Positions 36,800 through 46,471 of a DNA stretch of 64,000 nucleotides are shown piece after piece. This DNA comes from a virus. The notes beneath the pieces are model-generated. The model was not told where the DNA came from, ran no database searches, and was given only the letters and a program-made list of their open reading frames with translations. Location: the IMG/VR virus record IMGVR_UViG_3300050821_004765, positions 1 through 64,000 of that record. One strand, given 5' to 3'. The position numbers and the translations under genes were made by a program. The number at the start of each line of letters is the position of its first letter. The first letter of the stretch is position 1.

Positions 36800-36991
36800 A
36801 TGTTGCAATATATCGTCCTGTTTGAGGGCGTTGCCTATGGGCCGTTCCTCACCAACGATGAAACGGTGAATGCGGCCAACACTGACGCTGAGTACTGGGC
36901 TAGCCATAACTGCTTTGGTGCCAGTATCATGGAGTTGAAGCCGCCTGCCTCGTTCTTGCCGCCGTTCCCTGCCAGCGAGGCCAAGGGTTAA
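36800..36991 (+). CDS. Hypothetical protein
   Basis: RBS AAGGAG. Confidence 0.6.
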   Translation: MLQYIVLFEGVAYGPFLTNDETVNAANTDAEYWASHNCFGASIMELKPPASFLPPFPASEAKG

Positions 36992-37018
36992 CCAACAACC
37001 ACAACGCTAGGAGCAGCA

Positions 37019-37378
37019 ATGGCAAAAGGTCGAGGACAAACTGGTAAAGTCAACCTAAGTGCCGCAGCTGGCGCTGACCGCCGTAGTGGAGGCAAGAGCA
37101 GTGAGTTCGCCAGAGCCCGCAACGTCAACTCTTTCTCCGGTAAAGGCTCTACGACAGCGGGCGGCCCAGCTGCTAGTGTCCGTGGAAGCAGCCGTAAGCA
37201 ACCAGCCTTCAATGGCTCCAATATGTATGGCATTACCGCCAAGGCTAGCAGCAGCCGAAACACTGGTAGCGCACCTAACGCAGCCCAAGGCAACAGCCGA
37301 TTTGGCTCAGGCGGGGTAAAGGGCACGCCCAGCACTGTCAGCAAGGGCAAGACTCGGGGTGGTGGCCGTGGCCGGTAA
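37019..37378 (+). CDS. Basic low-complexity G/S/K/R-rich protein
   Basis: RBS AGGAG; composition. Confidence 0.7.
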   Translation: MAKGRGQTGKVNLSAAAGADRRSGGKSSEFARARNVNSFSGKGSTTAGGPAASVRGSSRKQPAFNGSNMYGITAKASSSRNTGSAPNAAQGNSRFGSGGVKGTPSTVSKGKTRGGGRGR

Positions 37379-37763
37379 GGGCAAGAAAATGGTGAAGCCC
37401 GGCAAGGGCAAATCCACCTTTGCTAGCAACTCGAGCACTAGTAATTCTGCACCCCGTGCACCTGGACCTGCTGGTAAAGGTGGCAATTGGCGCGCAGGTA
37501 TTGCACAGCACGGTGAAGCAAGTAGCACGCTTGGCATGGCAAGCCGCCCGTCAAGTAAGAGTCACATTGGTACGCCTGCTGTCCAAGGTTCCAGTACTGC
37601 CAATATGGGTGATAATTGCTCTACAAGTGGGCATAATGCGCCGCGTGGATTCTACGCGAAGAACGCTGCCAAAAAGGGTATACTTGCTGGAGGCAGTACC
37701 CCGCTAGCCAAGACTGGGACTCGCAACCCGGCAGCTCAGGTAACTGGCCCGTACGGGTTCTGA
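37359..37763 (+). CDS. Basic low-complexity protein
   Basis: Composition; tandem arrangement. Confidence 0.65.
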   Translation: MVAVAGKGKKMVKPGKGKSTFASNSSTSNSAPRAPGPAGKGGNWRAGIAQHGEASSTLGMASRPSSKSHIGTPAVQGSSTANMGDNCSTSGHNAPRGFYAKNAAKKGILAGGSTPLAKTGTRNPAAQVTGPYGF

Positions 37764-37779
37764 TGGAAGGTGGCGACAC

Positions 37780-38169
37780 ATGGCAAGAGGTAAGCGGAGC
37801 GGACGCCGCGCAGGCGGTCAGTCCATTGTGAGCGGTATGCTTGCTGGCTCGAATGGTGACCTTGTCAGTCAAAGTGGTGGCCGAGCAACGTCGTTCCAAT
37901 CCACAAATGGATCCAAAAAGAACAAGTATGGCCCTGGAAGCACTGGAGGCAAGAGTACGGGGACAGGTGGCTGGATTCCTGGCCGGACGTACGCGATTTA
38001 CGGATCGCAGGGTGACTCCGCAGAAATGCGAAGCGGTCGCACTAAGACCCCGCAAGCAACCATAAAGACCACAGGCAATACCGGCGCCACTAACGCGAGC
38101 ATTGTGATGCCGAAGGCGCTTGGGCCTAAGGGCTTTGGTGGTCAGTATCGGCTATCAAAAGGCTACTGA
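37780..38169 (+). CDS. Basic low-complexity protein
   Basis: RBS GAAGG; composition. Confidence 0.7.
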   Translation: MARGKRSGRRAGGQSIVSGMLAGSNGDLVSQSGGRATSFQSTNGSKKNKYGPGSTGGKSTGTGGWIPGRTYAIYGSQGDSAEMRSGRTKTPQATIKTTGNTGATNASIVMPKALGPKGFGGQYRLSKGY

Positions 38170-38633
38170 TGATAATTGGTATTTGTGAAGGCGTTTCTGG
38201 CGTATTAAATTACACGCCATCATATTGGGATTCGCCTGAATACCAAAGAGTACACGCCTTGGTGCGCAAACTCTATGGCCCAGCCATTGAATATATTTGC
38301 ATACAATGTAGTTGTAGTGCCCAAGTTTGGGCCTGGCAACACGGTGAAGATCCAAGTTTGCCCAGTAGTTATCAGCCAATGTGTGTATGGTGCCATAGGT
38401 ATTATGACAATACTCAACAATGGCGTGAAAATATTAGTTTGGGGCAAATAGGAAATAATAAAGGCCAAGGGATCAATAATGGTAGTGCTAAACTATCTGA
38501 AAAAGATGTGCTAGAAATTAGATCACTATATAGCACTGGCAATTTTAGTCAAACTAATCTTGCCAATATTTATGATGTGAATCAAAGTAGGATAAGTAGT
38601 ATCGTGACTCGAAGAACTTGGAGACACATCTGA
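38169..38633 (+). mobile_element. HNH-like endonuclease with C-terminal HTH
   Basis: CIQC...W...SYQPMCVWCHRYYD and SAKLSEKDVLEIR...LANIYDV; AT-richer than its flanks. Confidence 0.75.
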
Positions 38634-38974
38634 TGCCAGTCCACACTCCTGGAGCAATTAATAGCTCCGGCAATGATGACCAGGGTGCGCAGCAGACTAA
38701 CCTTGCGAAACAGTACCCGAACACTGTCGATACCTTGGCTGGTATGCAGTACCCCGATATGGGCGGTGGACCAGACAGTAACGCACTACGGTTGCCATAC
38801 CAGACCGCACACCCGGCCAGTACTCCAGCGGTAAATGACCCGGGCTTTGGTGCATACTACTTGAACCAGAGCGACCCGATTGTCGGCACTAAGAAAAACC
38901 CAGTGCCGGATTTCCCACAGTATGGGACAAGTCTCAACGAGGGCACCACTTACGCCGCACACTCTGAGGAGTAA
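38633..38974 (+). CDS. Hypothetical disordered protein
   Basis: ATG overlaps the HNH stop. Confidence 0.65.
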   Translation: MPVHTPGAINSSGNDDQGAQQTNLAKQYPNTVDTLAGMQYPDMGGGPDSNALRLPYQTAHPASTPAVNDPGFGAYYLNQSDPIVGTKKNPVPDFPQYGTSLNEGTTYAAHSEE

Positions 38975-38976
38975 CC

Positions 38977-39501
38977 ATGGCTAAGCGCAATGGCGCTGCA
39001 GGTAAGGGCGTTGGCCCTATGCAGTTTGGTAAAAGCACGATTGGCTGGGGCGCGAGTGCTAGTCCTGCGGCTTACGCAATGGGTCGGGCGTACGGGAGTA
39101 TCCCGACAAGTCGTACTGCGGGAACCCAGCGGTCGGCACGGGGCGGTGGCTACCGGCGTATCCTGAACCCGTGGGGCAATAATGTCCCGAAGGCTAGCGC
39201 GGTTGGCGCGAATGGTATTGGCCAGAGCAAGTTCCAGCTAAACTTCAAGGCAGTTGGCGGCCGACGGATGCCAATTCAGGCACCCGACCAGATTCGCATC
39301 GACTACCCCGCCAATGACCCGCGTCGTTGGCCTATTGCCGGCGGCAAGACGTTGATCTTCAACCAGGCTGGGAAGGCGAACCGCCACAACGCCTTGGTGA
39401 ACCACGCTTATGTGCGTGCTGGATATGGCCAGTACAATAGCCCGACGTACTCTGGTACTGACGCGCAGTACGCTGAAGTGCCATACGCACCGAGCGTCTA
39501 A
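38977..39501 (+). CDS. Basic Gly-rich protein
   Basis: RBS GAGGAG. Confidence 0.7.
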   Translation: MAKRNGAAGKGVGPMQFGKSTIGWGASASPAAYAMGRAYGSIPTSRTAGTQRSARGGGYRRILNPWGNNVPKASAVGANGIGQSKFQLNFKAVGGRRMPIQAPDQIRIDYPANDPRRWPIAGGKTLIFNQAGKANRHNALVNHAYVRAGYGQYNSPTYSGTDAQYAEVPYAPSV

Positions 39502-39947
39502 TGGCAGTATTCTTCAATGGTACATTCCTACGGGAATTGCGGCGTGAAACTGAACGGCACTTTCGCCGTGAAACTGCCGATAGGGGCGTAAGGTCAATTG
39601 CCCATGCCATCACTGGATCGTTATCTCCTAGGAATAGTTTCGCTGGCCTTGGTACTCGGCGTGTTCTCTCTGGCCGCGGTCGAACTCAGGCTCTACGCAG
39701 CCCACTTTCTCAGCAAACTGGAACAAGTAAGACCCAGTACAGCAGTCCAGGCAACCAGTCAAAATCTAGTGTTGGGCGGGGTCGGAATGCACAAAAAGGA
39801 CCAACCACAGGCACGAGTGGCACTGCTGGCACACGAGCGGCAACAAGCGGCACAACTGGGACAAGAGGAACCTCACCAACTAACTTTCAGCGAGTTTCTG
39901 CTCGCAAGGCCGCACGAAACCACGGCAAGAAGTATACTCAATCATGA
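39501..39947 (+). CDS. Arg/Thr/Gly-rich basic protein
   Basis: Coupled to its neighbours. Confidence 0.65.
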   Translation: MAVFFNGTFLRELRRETERHFRRETADRGVRSIAHAITGSLSPRNSFAGLGTRRVLSGRGRTQALRSPLSQQTGTSKTQYSSPGNQSKSSVGRGRNAQKGPTTGTSGTAGTRAATSGTTGTRGTSPTNFQRVSARKAARNHGKKYTQS

Positions 39948-41560
39948 GCTTGCTGGACCCGTGGGCGATCTGGGGACACCAACGTGTTAACTGGCGTCCC
40001 CACCAAGATCAAATCAATATTCTCGAGTCTCGAGCAAGACACCGAGTTTGGTGTGCTGGTCGACGCACCGGCAAGTCAGACTTGGGCGGTAACTCCCTCT
40101 TGCCAGAAGCTTTTTACACAAAGTCTGTCGCAAACGACTGGCTCAAGCTCGGTAAGCGCCGTGAATTTTGGATAGTTGGGCCAGAGTATTCTGACTCTGA
40201 AAAAGAGTTCCGTGTTATTTACAATAGACTTAAGTCTCTGCAAGTACCCTTCGACCGCCCCGGGACATATTACGACCCCATCGGGCACAACATGCATATT
40301 TCGCTGTGGGAAGGGGCCTTCCAGGTCCACGCTCACTCTGCCAAATATCCTGACCACCTCGTCGGTGAAGCGCTCTGTGGCGTACTGATGGTAGAAGCCG
40401 CAAAGGCTAAGCCGTCAATTTGGCATAAGTACATTCGACCAATGCTCAATGACTATAAGGGCTGGTCAATGCATACGAGTACCCCAGAAGGAAAGAACCA
40501 CTTCTTTGAGAAGTATGAAATGGGACAAGACCCATTTAACTCTGAGTGGGAGTCTTGGCGCGTGCCTTCTTGGCACAATCCTTATGTGCATACCATCAGG
40601 ACTGTCGATGAGCACGTTAAGTTTATGCTTGATATCATGGTTGACCACCCCAGCATGTCTGCCGCTAAGATTTGTCGTCAGCACAACCTACAGATAGATA
40701 AAGAAATTATCGACTTGGCAGATGATCTGTCCGTCGAAATGTTTAAACAGGAGATTGCAGCAGACTTTACCGAATTCGTCGGCCAAGTCTTTAAGGATTA
40801 CGACGAGGAATATCATGTCGGTAACTTGGAGTTTGAGCCTGAATGGCAAACGTTTGCTGGCGTTGACTACGGATATACTAACCCCAACGTTTGGCTACTC
40901 ATACAAGTTGGCCCTTGGGGAGAGATTAATATTCTCGATGAAGTGTACGAGCCAGGACTTACGGCTGACCAATTTGCTGAGGAAATTAAGAGACGAGGCC
41001 TCAACCCTCCGCAGCTCCGCATCTTTTACCCAGACCCCGCTGACCCAATGTCCTCAAGGACACTGGAAGACAAGCTTAGGATAAAGGCATCAGGCGGCAC
41101 CGGCGGGGAGCTGCCAATTCGCATCAACCTAATTCGCGAGAAATTGCGAAAAGGCCGTATTGATATGAGCCAGAGTGCCTTAAGTGAGCAGAACGCAGAT
41201 AAATGGCGGCCGCAGTTGATGATTGACCGGAAATGTGCGCGATTGCGGTCTGATATGATGGCATATCGGTACCCTGAACGCAAGGATGACAAAGAAGATT
41301 CCTTGCCACGCTTTGAATTGCCAATGAAAAAGGATGACCACGGACCAGAAGCGCTTGGTCGGTTCATGATCGGGTTCTTCGGGGCCGGTGAACTCCATGG
41401 TCACGGCGGTACTCGGGTCCGCAAGGGTAATGTGTCACGTCGGCACACCCAAAAAACCACACAACGTCAAGATTACCGTTCGGTGTCACCGCCGATGAAG
41501 CCATTGAGTAGTATGATTACTACTAAATCAGGCTTTCCCAACTGGAAGGAATGGCGTTAA
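39944..41560 (+). CDS. terL: Terminase large subunit
   Basis: AGRRTGKS Walker A, STPEGKNHF, GVDYG, DPAD, DDHGPEAL. Confidence 0.93.
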   Translation: MSLLDPWAIWGHQRVNWRPHQDQINILESRARHRVWCAGRRTGKSDLGGNSLLPEAFYTKSVANDWLKLGKRREFWIVGPEYSDSEKEFRVIYNRLKSLQVPFDRPGTYYDPIGHNMHISLWEGAFQVHAHSAKYPDHLVGEALCGVLMVEAAKAKPSIWHKYIRPMLNDYKGWSMHTSTPEGKNHFFEKYEMGQDPFNSEWESWRVPSWHNPYVHTIRTVDEHVKFMLDIMVDHPSMSAAKICRQHNLQIDKEIIDLADDLSVEMFKQEIAADFTEFVGQVFKDYDEEYHVGNLEFEPEWQTFAGVDYGYTNPNVWLLIQVGPWGEINILDEVYEPGLTADQFAEEIKRRGLNPPQLRIFYPDPADPMSSRTLEDKLRIKASGGTGGELPIRINLIREKLRKGRIDMSQSALSEQNADKWRPQLMIDRKCARLRSDMMAYRYPERKDDKEDSLPRFELPMKKDDHGPEALGRFMIGFFGAGELHGHGGTRVRKGNVSRRHTQKTTQRQDYRSVSPPMKPLSSMITTKSGFPNWKEWR

Positions 41561-43275
41561 TGCCAATTGATCCGCGGCAATACGATTCCGCGATTGATTA
41601 CATTGACTCTGACGCTGAATTCAGTAAGTCTATTGGCAATATGGCCAATATGGACGATAAATTACGTATCAAGTGCTATGAACTGTACGAAGATATGTAC
41701 AATAACCGTCCAGAACATATGCGAGTGGTCCTCCGTGGAGAGGATGAAGACGCTGTTGAGATCTATATGCCTAGTGCCAAGAAGGTAATTGAGGCAATTA
41801 CTCGGTTTTTGTGCGTTGGCTGGGACTATTTCATCGATGCAAACGTTGGTAGCACCGATGACCAGAGAGATATCGATAATGCACTAGCAAATCTCTTCAA
41901 AAAGCAGCATTTTTACCGTAAATTCAACCAAATGAAGCGGTATATGCTTATGAAAGGGGATGCTTGCTTCCATGTTTTGGGGAAGGATTGGGAGCGTGCA
42001 GGCCATCGAATTGCGATTGAAGAGCTAAAGCCAGAACACTACTTTCCAATTGAAGACCTTGTAACCGGCGAGCTGATGGGATGCCACATTGTTGACATTA
42101 TCAGGAACCCCAGAACAACGCCGAATACTAAGCGATACGCCCCAGAATACGTTGCTAGACGTCAAACCTATCGCAAAGAGGTCGATGACAACTTGGTGCC
42201 GACGGGTCGAATTACGACTGAACTCACACTATGGGAGATAGGTCGTTGGGACGACCGCATTCCTTGGCTAGAGCTAGCTTGGGTCGACACCATCACAATG
42301 GAAGAGTACCTGCCAGAGGCAATTAACGAATTGCCAGTGTACCACTTTGCAAATAACCCGCCACCAACGAGCACATTTGGTATGTCAGAGCTGGCGGGGG
42401 TCGAAAGCCTCATTAATGCAATAAATCAGGCCATGTCCGACGAAGATCTGACTTTGATTACCCAAGGTTTGGGGGTGTATTGGACCGATGCAAGTGCACC
42501 TAAAGGCGCTGATGGTCAGATTGCTGAGTGGGAAATTGGCCCCGGTTCAGTCGTTGAGATTGGTGCCGGTGGCAAATTTGGTCGTGTTACTGGCGTTAGC
42601 TCTGTCACTCCTTATCTTGAGCATATATTGGCCTTGGATGAGTCCCTTCAACAGGCGCTCGGCGTGCCTGATATTGCTATCGGTATGGTGGATGTCGCTA
42701 CTGCTGAGTCTGGGATCGCGCTAAACTTCAAACTTGGGCCGATGTTGGCTAAGAATGCTGAAAAAGAGCTATTCATCATTGAAGTGGCTGACAAGCTACT
42801 AGAAGACCTGGTCAACGCCTGGTTGCCGGCATATGAAAATATTGCAGTTGACGGGATTTCTGTAACGTCAACTGTAGAAGACCCCATTCCCAAGAATGAT
42901 TCACAGCTACTGCAGGACTTGTTGGGTGTTTGGGGCGAGTGCAGCGAATATCTGCCGGTTGGCTTCCTATTCCAGCAGTTGAATACCATTATGAATTGGG
43001 ATCTTACGCATGAGGACTTCATGCAAGCTCTCAAAGATCAAACTCTCATTGCTCAAATGCAAGCTGCTGCTAATCCGCAACCTGCACCAGGCGCTGCTGG
43101 ACCCAATGGTAAACCAGGGGCTGCACCGCCAAAGCCGAGTGCTGGCGCTAATGCAAGTCAAATTGATAACTTGACGAAGTACACGCAGTCTGAACGGCTA
43201 AGTAAGCAAACTGGAATCCGTGGTGGATACAACTCTGCTGGAGTTTCCGCTGCGCTCTCAAGTGGGGAAATTTAA
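41560..43275 (+). CDS. Portal protein
   Basis: Follows terL; GMSELAGVESL, AESGIAL; size. Confidence 0.85.
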   Translation: MPIDPRQYDSAIDYIDSDAEFSKSIGNMANMDDKLRIKCYELYEDMYNNRPEHMRVVLRGEDEDAVEIYMPSAKKVIEAITRFLCVGWDYFIDANVGSTDDQRDIDNALANLFKKQHFYRKFNQMKRYMLMKGDACFHVLGKDWERAGHRIAIEELKPEHYFPIEDLVTGELMGCHIVDIIRNPRTTPNTKRYAPEYVARRQTYRKEVDDNLVPTGRITTELTLWEIGRWDDRIPWLELAWVDTITMEEYLPEAINELPVYHFANNPPPTSTFGMSELAGVESLINAINQAMSDEDLTLITQGLGVYWTDASAPKGADGQIAEWEIGPGSVVEIGAGGKFGRVTGVSSVTPYLEHILALDESLQQALGVPDIAIGMVDVATAESGIALNFKLGPMLAKNAEKELFIIEVADKLLEDLVNAWLPAYENIAVDGISVTSTVEDPIPKNDSQLLQDLLGVWGECSEYLPVGFLFQQLNTIMNWDLTHEDFMQALKDQTLIAQMQAAANPQPAPGAAGPNGKPGAAPPKPSAGANASQIDNLTKYTQSERLSKQTGIRGGYNSAGVSAALSSGEI

Positions 43276-44054
43276 TGACCATTGTTCTGACTAAACTTAT
43301 CGAACGACCTGACAATCCATTCCGGCTAGGGCGTCATCAGGAGCATGATGAACGAGCATGGCACTTTCCAACTCCCTGGAGTAAGCCACAAAACATTAGT
43401 AAGTTCTGGACAACCGCCGCTCCCATCTTGGACCAGGGTAATGTCGGTAGTTGTACAGGAAACACTGTGGTTGACGTTGTCAACACTGACTTGTTTACGC
43501 CGATCAGGACAGCAAAAAATCATGGCAATTACCTGGTTGAAGCCGATGCTCTCAATATCTACTCAAAAGGCACCTATCTCAGTGCTATCGGCGGTGGTCA
43601 GACCTATCCACCCGACGACCCAGGTTGTACCGGACCGGCTGTAGCTAAGGCTGCAGAGGATTTGGGGCTATTTGACAAGTACCTACACTGCTTTAACTGG
43701 GATCAATTTTGCGCAACTATTGAGCAAACACCGGTAATGCTTGGGACACCGTGGACCCAGCAGATGTTCGACCCTGACCAGGACGGATTCTGTAGAGTTG
43801 GCGACATTAATGATAGCACTCTTGCTGGCGGACATGAGTATATGGGTCGCGCGATTGACTATGAAAACACTCGCGTACTTTGCCGCAACCACTGGAACGC
43901 ACAGTGGAATCCAGAACAGATTGATCAAAAAGATCCTGGCGAGTTCTGGCTATCCTTTACTGATCTGCAGTCATTGCTTCAAAATGGTGGCGATGTCACC
44001 GTCCCATTCGCAGCAGGTTGCACCCCTCAACAAGGAGTAAATGAAAATGGCTAA
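43275..44054 (+). CDS. Papain-like (C1) cysteine peptidase
   Basis: DQGNVGSCTG (Gln/Cys), GGHE (His), RNHW (Asn). Confidence 0.82.
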   Translation: MTIVLTKLIERPDNPFRLGRHQEHDERAWHFPTPWSKPQNISKFWTTAAPILDQGNVGSCTGNTVVDVVNTDLFTPIRTAKNHGNYLVEADALNIYSKGTYLSAIGGGQTYPPDDPGCTGPAVAKAAEDLGLFDKYLHCFNWDQFCATIEQTPVMLGTPWTQQMFDPDQDGFCRVGDINDSTLAGGHEYMGRAIDYENTRVLCRNHWNAQWNPEQIDQKDPGEFWLSFTDLQSLLQNGGDVTVPFAAGCTPQQGVNENG

Positions 44055-44220
44055 GCCGAATGCAAAAGCAAAGCTCGGGTCTGGCGGACGTTTTGCCGCT
44101 GTCGCCAAGTCAGCTGGCGGGGGCAAGAAGGGTGCAGCTATTGCTGCAGCCGTAGGTCGTAAGAAATATGGTGCTAAGAAAATGGGTGCCATGGCCGCAA
44201 AGGGCCGCAAGAAGAAGTGA
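44047..44220 (+). CDS. 57-aa very basic K/A/G-rich protein (not in ORF track)
   Basis: MAKPNAKAKLGSGGRF...GRKKYGAKK...KGRKKK; RBS AAGGAG. Confidence 0.75.
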   Translation: MAKPNAKAKLGSGGRFAAVAKSAGGGKKGAAIAAAVGRKKYGAKKMGAMAAKGRKKK

Positions 44221-44981
44221 CTTACGTTTGGTACGTTGGTAATGCTAACGTCCGAACAATCACAGTTGTTGATTGGTCGTCAATTGGCATCACTGTTACC
44301 GGGGATACTACTTGGGACCAAGATAATGGTTGGTCAGTGCCAACATCATCACTTTCTGGTCCACAACTCACCTATTTAGAGTCAGAAACTTCATTCGTCA
44401 CCGGGCAAACGGATGCAGAACGTCCAACACCGGCAGTAAATAATGATGGTGGCGGTTCATCTGGGCTACCTGCATCGCAAAATACCGGCACGAAATTTCT
44501 TTGTGACTCTATTTCATGGCAACCAGTAATTGGTGCTAATGTTGAGACTACAGTAACTTTCACTGTTAGTGGTTCTACATACACTGAAACAGAATCTGTT
44601 GATGCAGCAATATCATATGCTTATAATCTTGCATTCTATGCCGTTAATCTTGCACAGTCTGGTGTAGCATATAGCATACAAAATGTGCTAACTGGTGCAT
44701 CCGCTACTGAAATGTCTGGCGCTTACTGTGGACTTGGGGTTTCAAATATTGTCGACCCTCAAGGCCAAGTCTGTACACTATCCATAGGATTACAAGTCAA
44801 TAGCGGTATTCTAGCCGGCATGATTTCTCGGTGGCTGGTTGTCAGCGCCGGTACAGTAGAATTTACTATGGAGTCTGGTGTTACAATTAAAAGTGTTACT
44901 GGAGCAGCAACGATGACCCAAATGGGCGTAGCAACTTTCTATTGCCTAGGCAATGACGAATGGCTCTTGGATATTACATGA
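44217..44981 (+). CDS. Putative virion accessory protein; N-domain paralogous to 50545-50895
   Basis: V.YVG.A..R.I...W.S.GI...TWD..N...PTS...QL.YL shared. Confidence 0.65.
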   Translation: MTYVWYVGNANVRTITVVDWSSIGITVTGDTTWDQDNGWSVPTSSLSGPQLTYLESETSFVTGQTDAERPTPAVNNDGGGSSGLPASQNTGTKFLCDSISWQPVIGANVETTVTFTVSGSTYTETESVDAAISYAYNLAFYAVNLAQSGVAYSIQNVLTGASATEMSGAYCGLGVSNIVDPQGQVCTLSIGLQVNSGILAGMISRWLVVSAGTVEFTMESGVTIKSVTGAATMTQMGVATFYCLGNDEWLLDIT

Positions 44982-45247
44982 CTATGGTAAAGCGCGCTAT
45001 GAAGGCTGCCGGGCACTACCCACCAGGTACAATACCGGGTCAGCCAGCTGCTGGGCATCATCCATTCAAATCTCAAGCCCAATGGAGGTTATTCTTTGCT
45101 AACCCCAAGCTTCGTCGTTGGGCCATTGGTAAGGCGCACGCAACTGGTGGGCATCACGAAATCACCCAGAGGCTCAAATATAGTCCGGCATATCGGAGTC
45201 TCCCTGATCGTAAGCTTTCGACAATTCAGCGAGTACCAATTCGATGA
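44978..45247 (+). CDS. Small basic protein
   Basis: PFKSQAQWRLFFAN motif; ATGA coupling. Confidence 0.65.
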   Translation: MTMVKRAMKAAGHYPPGTIPGQPAAGHHPFKSQAQWRLFFANPKLRRWAIGKAHATGGHHEITQRLKYSPAYRSLPDRKLSTIQRVPIR

Positions 45248-45627
45248 ACTTCACTTACCACCGGGTTGAGCCGCGCACCATTTCTAAATACCAAGCTAGA
45301 ATTCTCAAGAGAATTGCGCACTCTGAATTGCCAATCGAAGCCTGTGGAGTAATATTACGCGATGGCACCATCGTGGAATACCCGAATACTTGTCCAAATC
45401 CAGAGCATGGCTTCGATTTTGCAGCGCAATTGAACCATAATATCAAAGCTATTTGGCACTCACATCCAAATGGACTTACCACACCTAGTGACGATGACTT
45501 ACCAATGATCGAAACGCTCGCCAGGCGGGGTTTCAATTGTCATCACCTTATTGTAACTGCAGAAAATGTCTATGAATACGCGGCAGATTTTAGTCAAGTA
45601 GCTTCCGCGTCTCAGTGTCAAACGTAG
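45244..45627 (+). CDS. JAB/MPN (Mov34) metalloprotease
   Basis: EACGV...WHSHP...PSDDD, the complete JAMM motif. Confidence 0.9.
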   Translation: MNFTYHRVEPRTISKYQARILKRIAHSELPIEACGVILRDGTIVEYPNTCPNPEHGFDFAAQLNHNIKAIWHSHPNGLTTPSDDDLPMIETLARRGFNCHHLIVTAENVYEYAADFSQVASASQCQT

Positions 45628-45668
45628 TAAAGTATCTGTCAACTACCGTTTATTAGGAGTTAGCTAAA

Positions 45669-46457
45669 ATGCGCCAGAGTCCAGACTTTATTGTCGATGA
45701 GACCGAATTTGATGCGTTTCTGTTCCATTTTTGGGGTGGTGATGGTGATCGCGACGACGATGACGTCGATGACGACGATGACAGCTCTGACTCCGACGAT
45801 GAAGATGATTCTGATGAGTCTGATGATGATGACTCTGACAATGATGATGACGATGATGACGACGGCAGTAATGCTGGAAGATCGACTACGAAAAAGCCTG
45901 GGAGTAAAGACACTCAGGATGATGATGACGCCGAAGCTGATGCAGATAAGCTTAAAGCAGAGAATATCAAGCTCAAGCGCGCTCTTGATGCTGAAAAAGA
46001 TAAAAACAAAGTTAGCACTAAGGGCAAGACCAAGCTTGAGCGTGATTACAACGCGATGAAGACTCGTGCCTCCAAGCTCGAAAATTTCATGCAGACCACA
46101 TACATCGACGCAGCCATCGTCAAGGACGTTCGGTATGCTTGGAACAACATCGAAGATGTGCGACTCAACATCAAGGATTCAGCTATTCGCCTGGACATGG
46201 AAACCGGTGAAATCGAAGGCTTGGATCTTGAACTCAAGCGTATTGCAAAAGCCAAGCCATATCTTCTCAAGAAGAAGGCAACGCGTGAAGACTCCGATGA
46301 CGATCAGGGCGATGGAAATGGTCGCCAAGGGAATCCGGGAAATCGTCGTCAAAGTGGTGCCCATCCTTTTGGCGGTCGTACAAAAACTGATGGAAAAGAT
46401 CGTGCACGTATTGCAAGTAAGTACAAAATCCCTGGCGTTCCCGGGATTACAGGATAG
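45669..46457 (+). CDS. Scaffolding protein
   Basis: Asp-rich N-region, coiled coil, AKAKPYLLK; position before the capsid genes. Confidence 0.8.
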   Translation: MRQSPDFIVDETEFDAFLFHFWGGDGDRDDDDVDDDDDSSDSDDEDDSDESDDDDSDNDDDDDDDGSNAGRSTTKKPGSKDTQDDDDAEADADKLKAENIKLKRALDAEKDKNKVSTKGKTKLERDYNAMKTRASKLENFMQTTYIDAAIVKDVRYAWNNIEDVRLNIKDSAIRLDMETGEIEGLDLELKRIAKAKPYLLKKKATREDSDDDQGDGNGRQGNPGNRRQSGAHPFGGRTKTDGKDRARIASKYKIPGVPGITG

Positions 46458-46471
46458 GGGAAAGGCAAAAG

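Noticed and set aside
45747-45865. GAY trinucleotide-rich tract as a DNA repeat element
   Set aside because: Simply encodes the poly-Asp region of the scaffold
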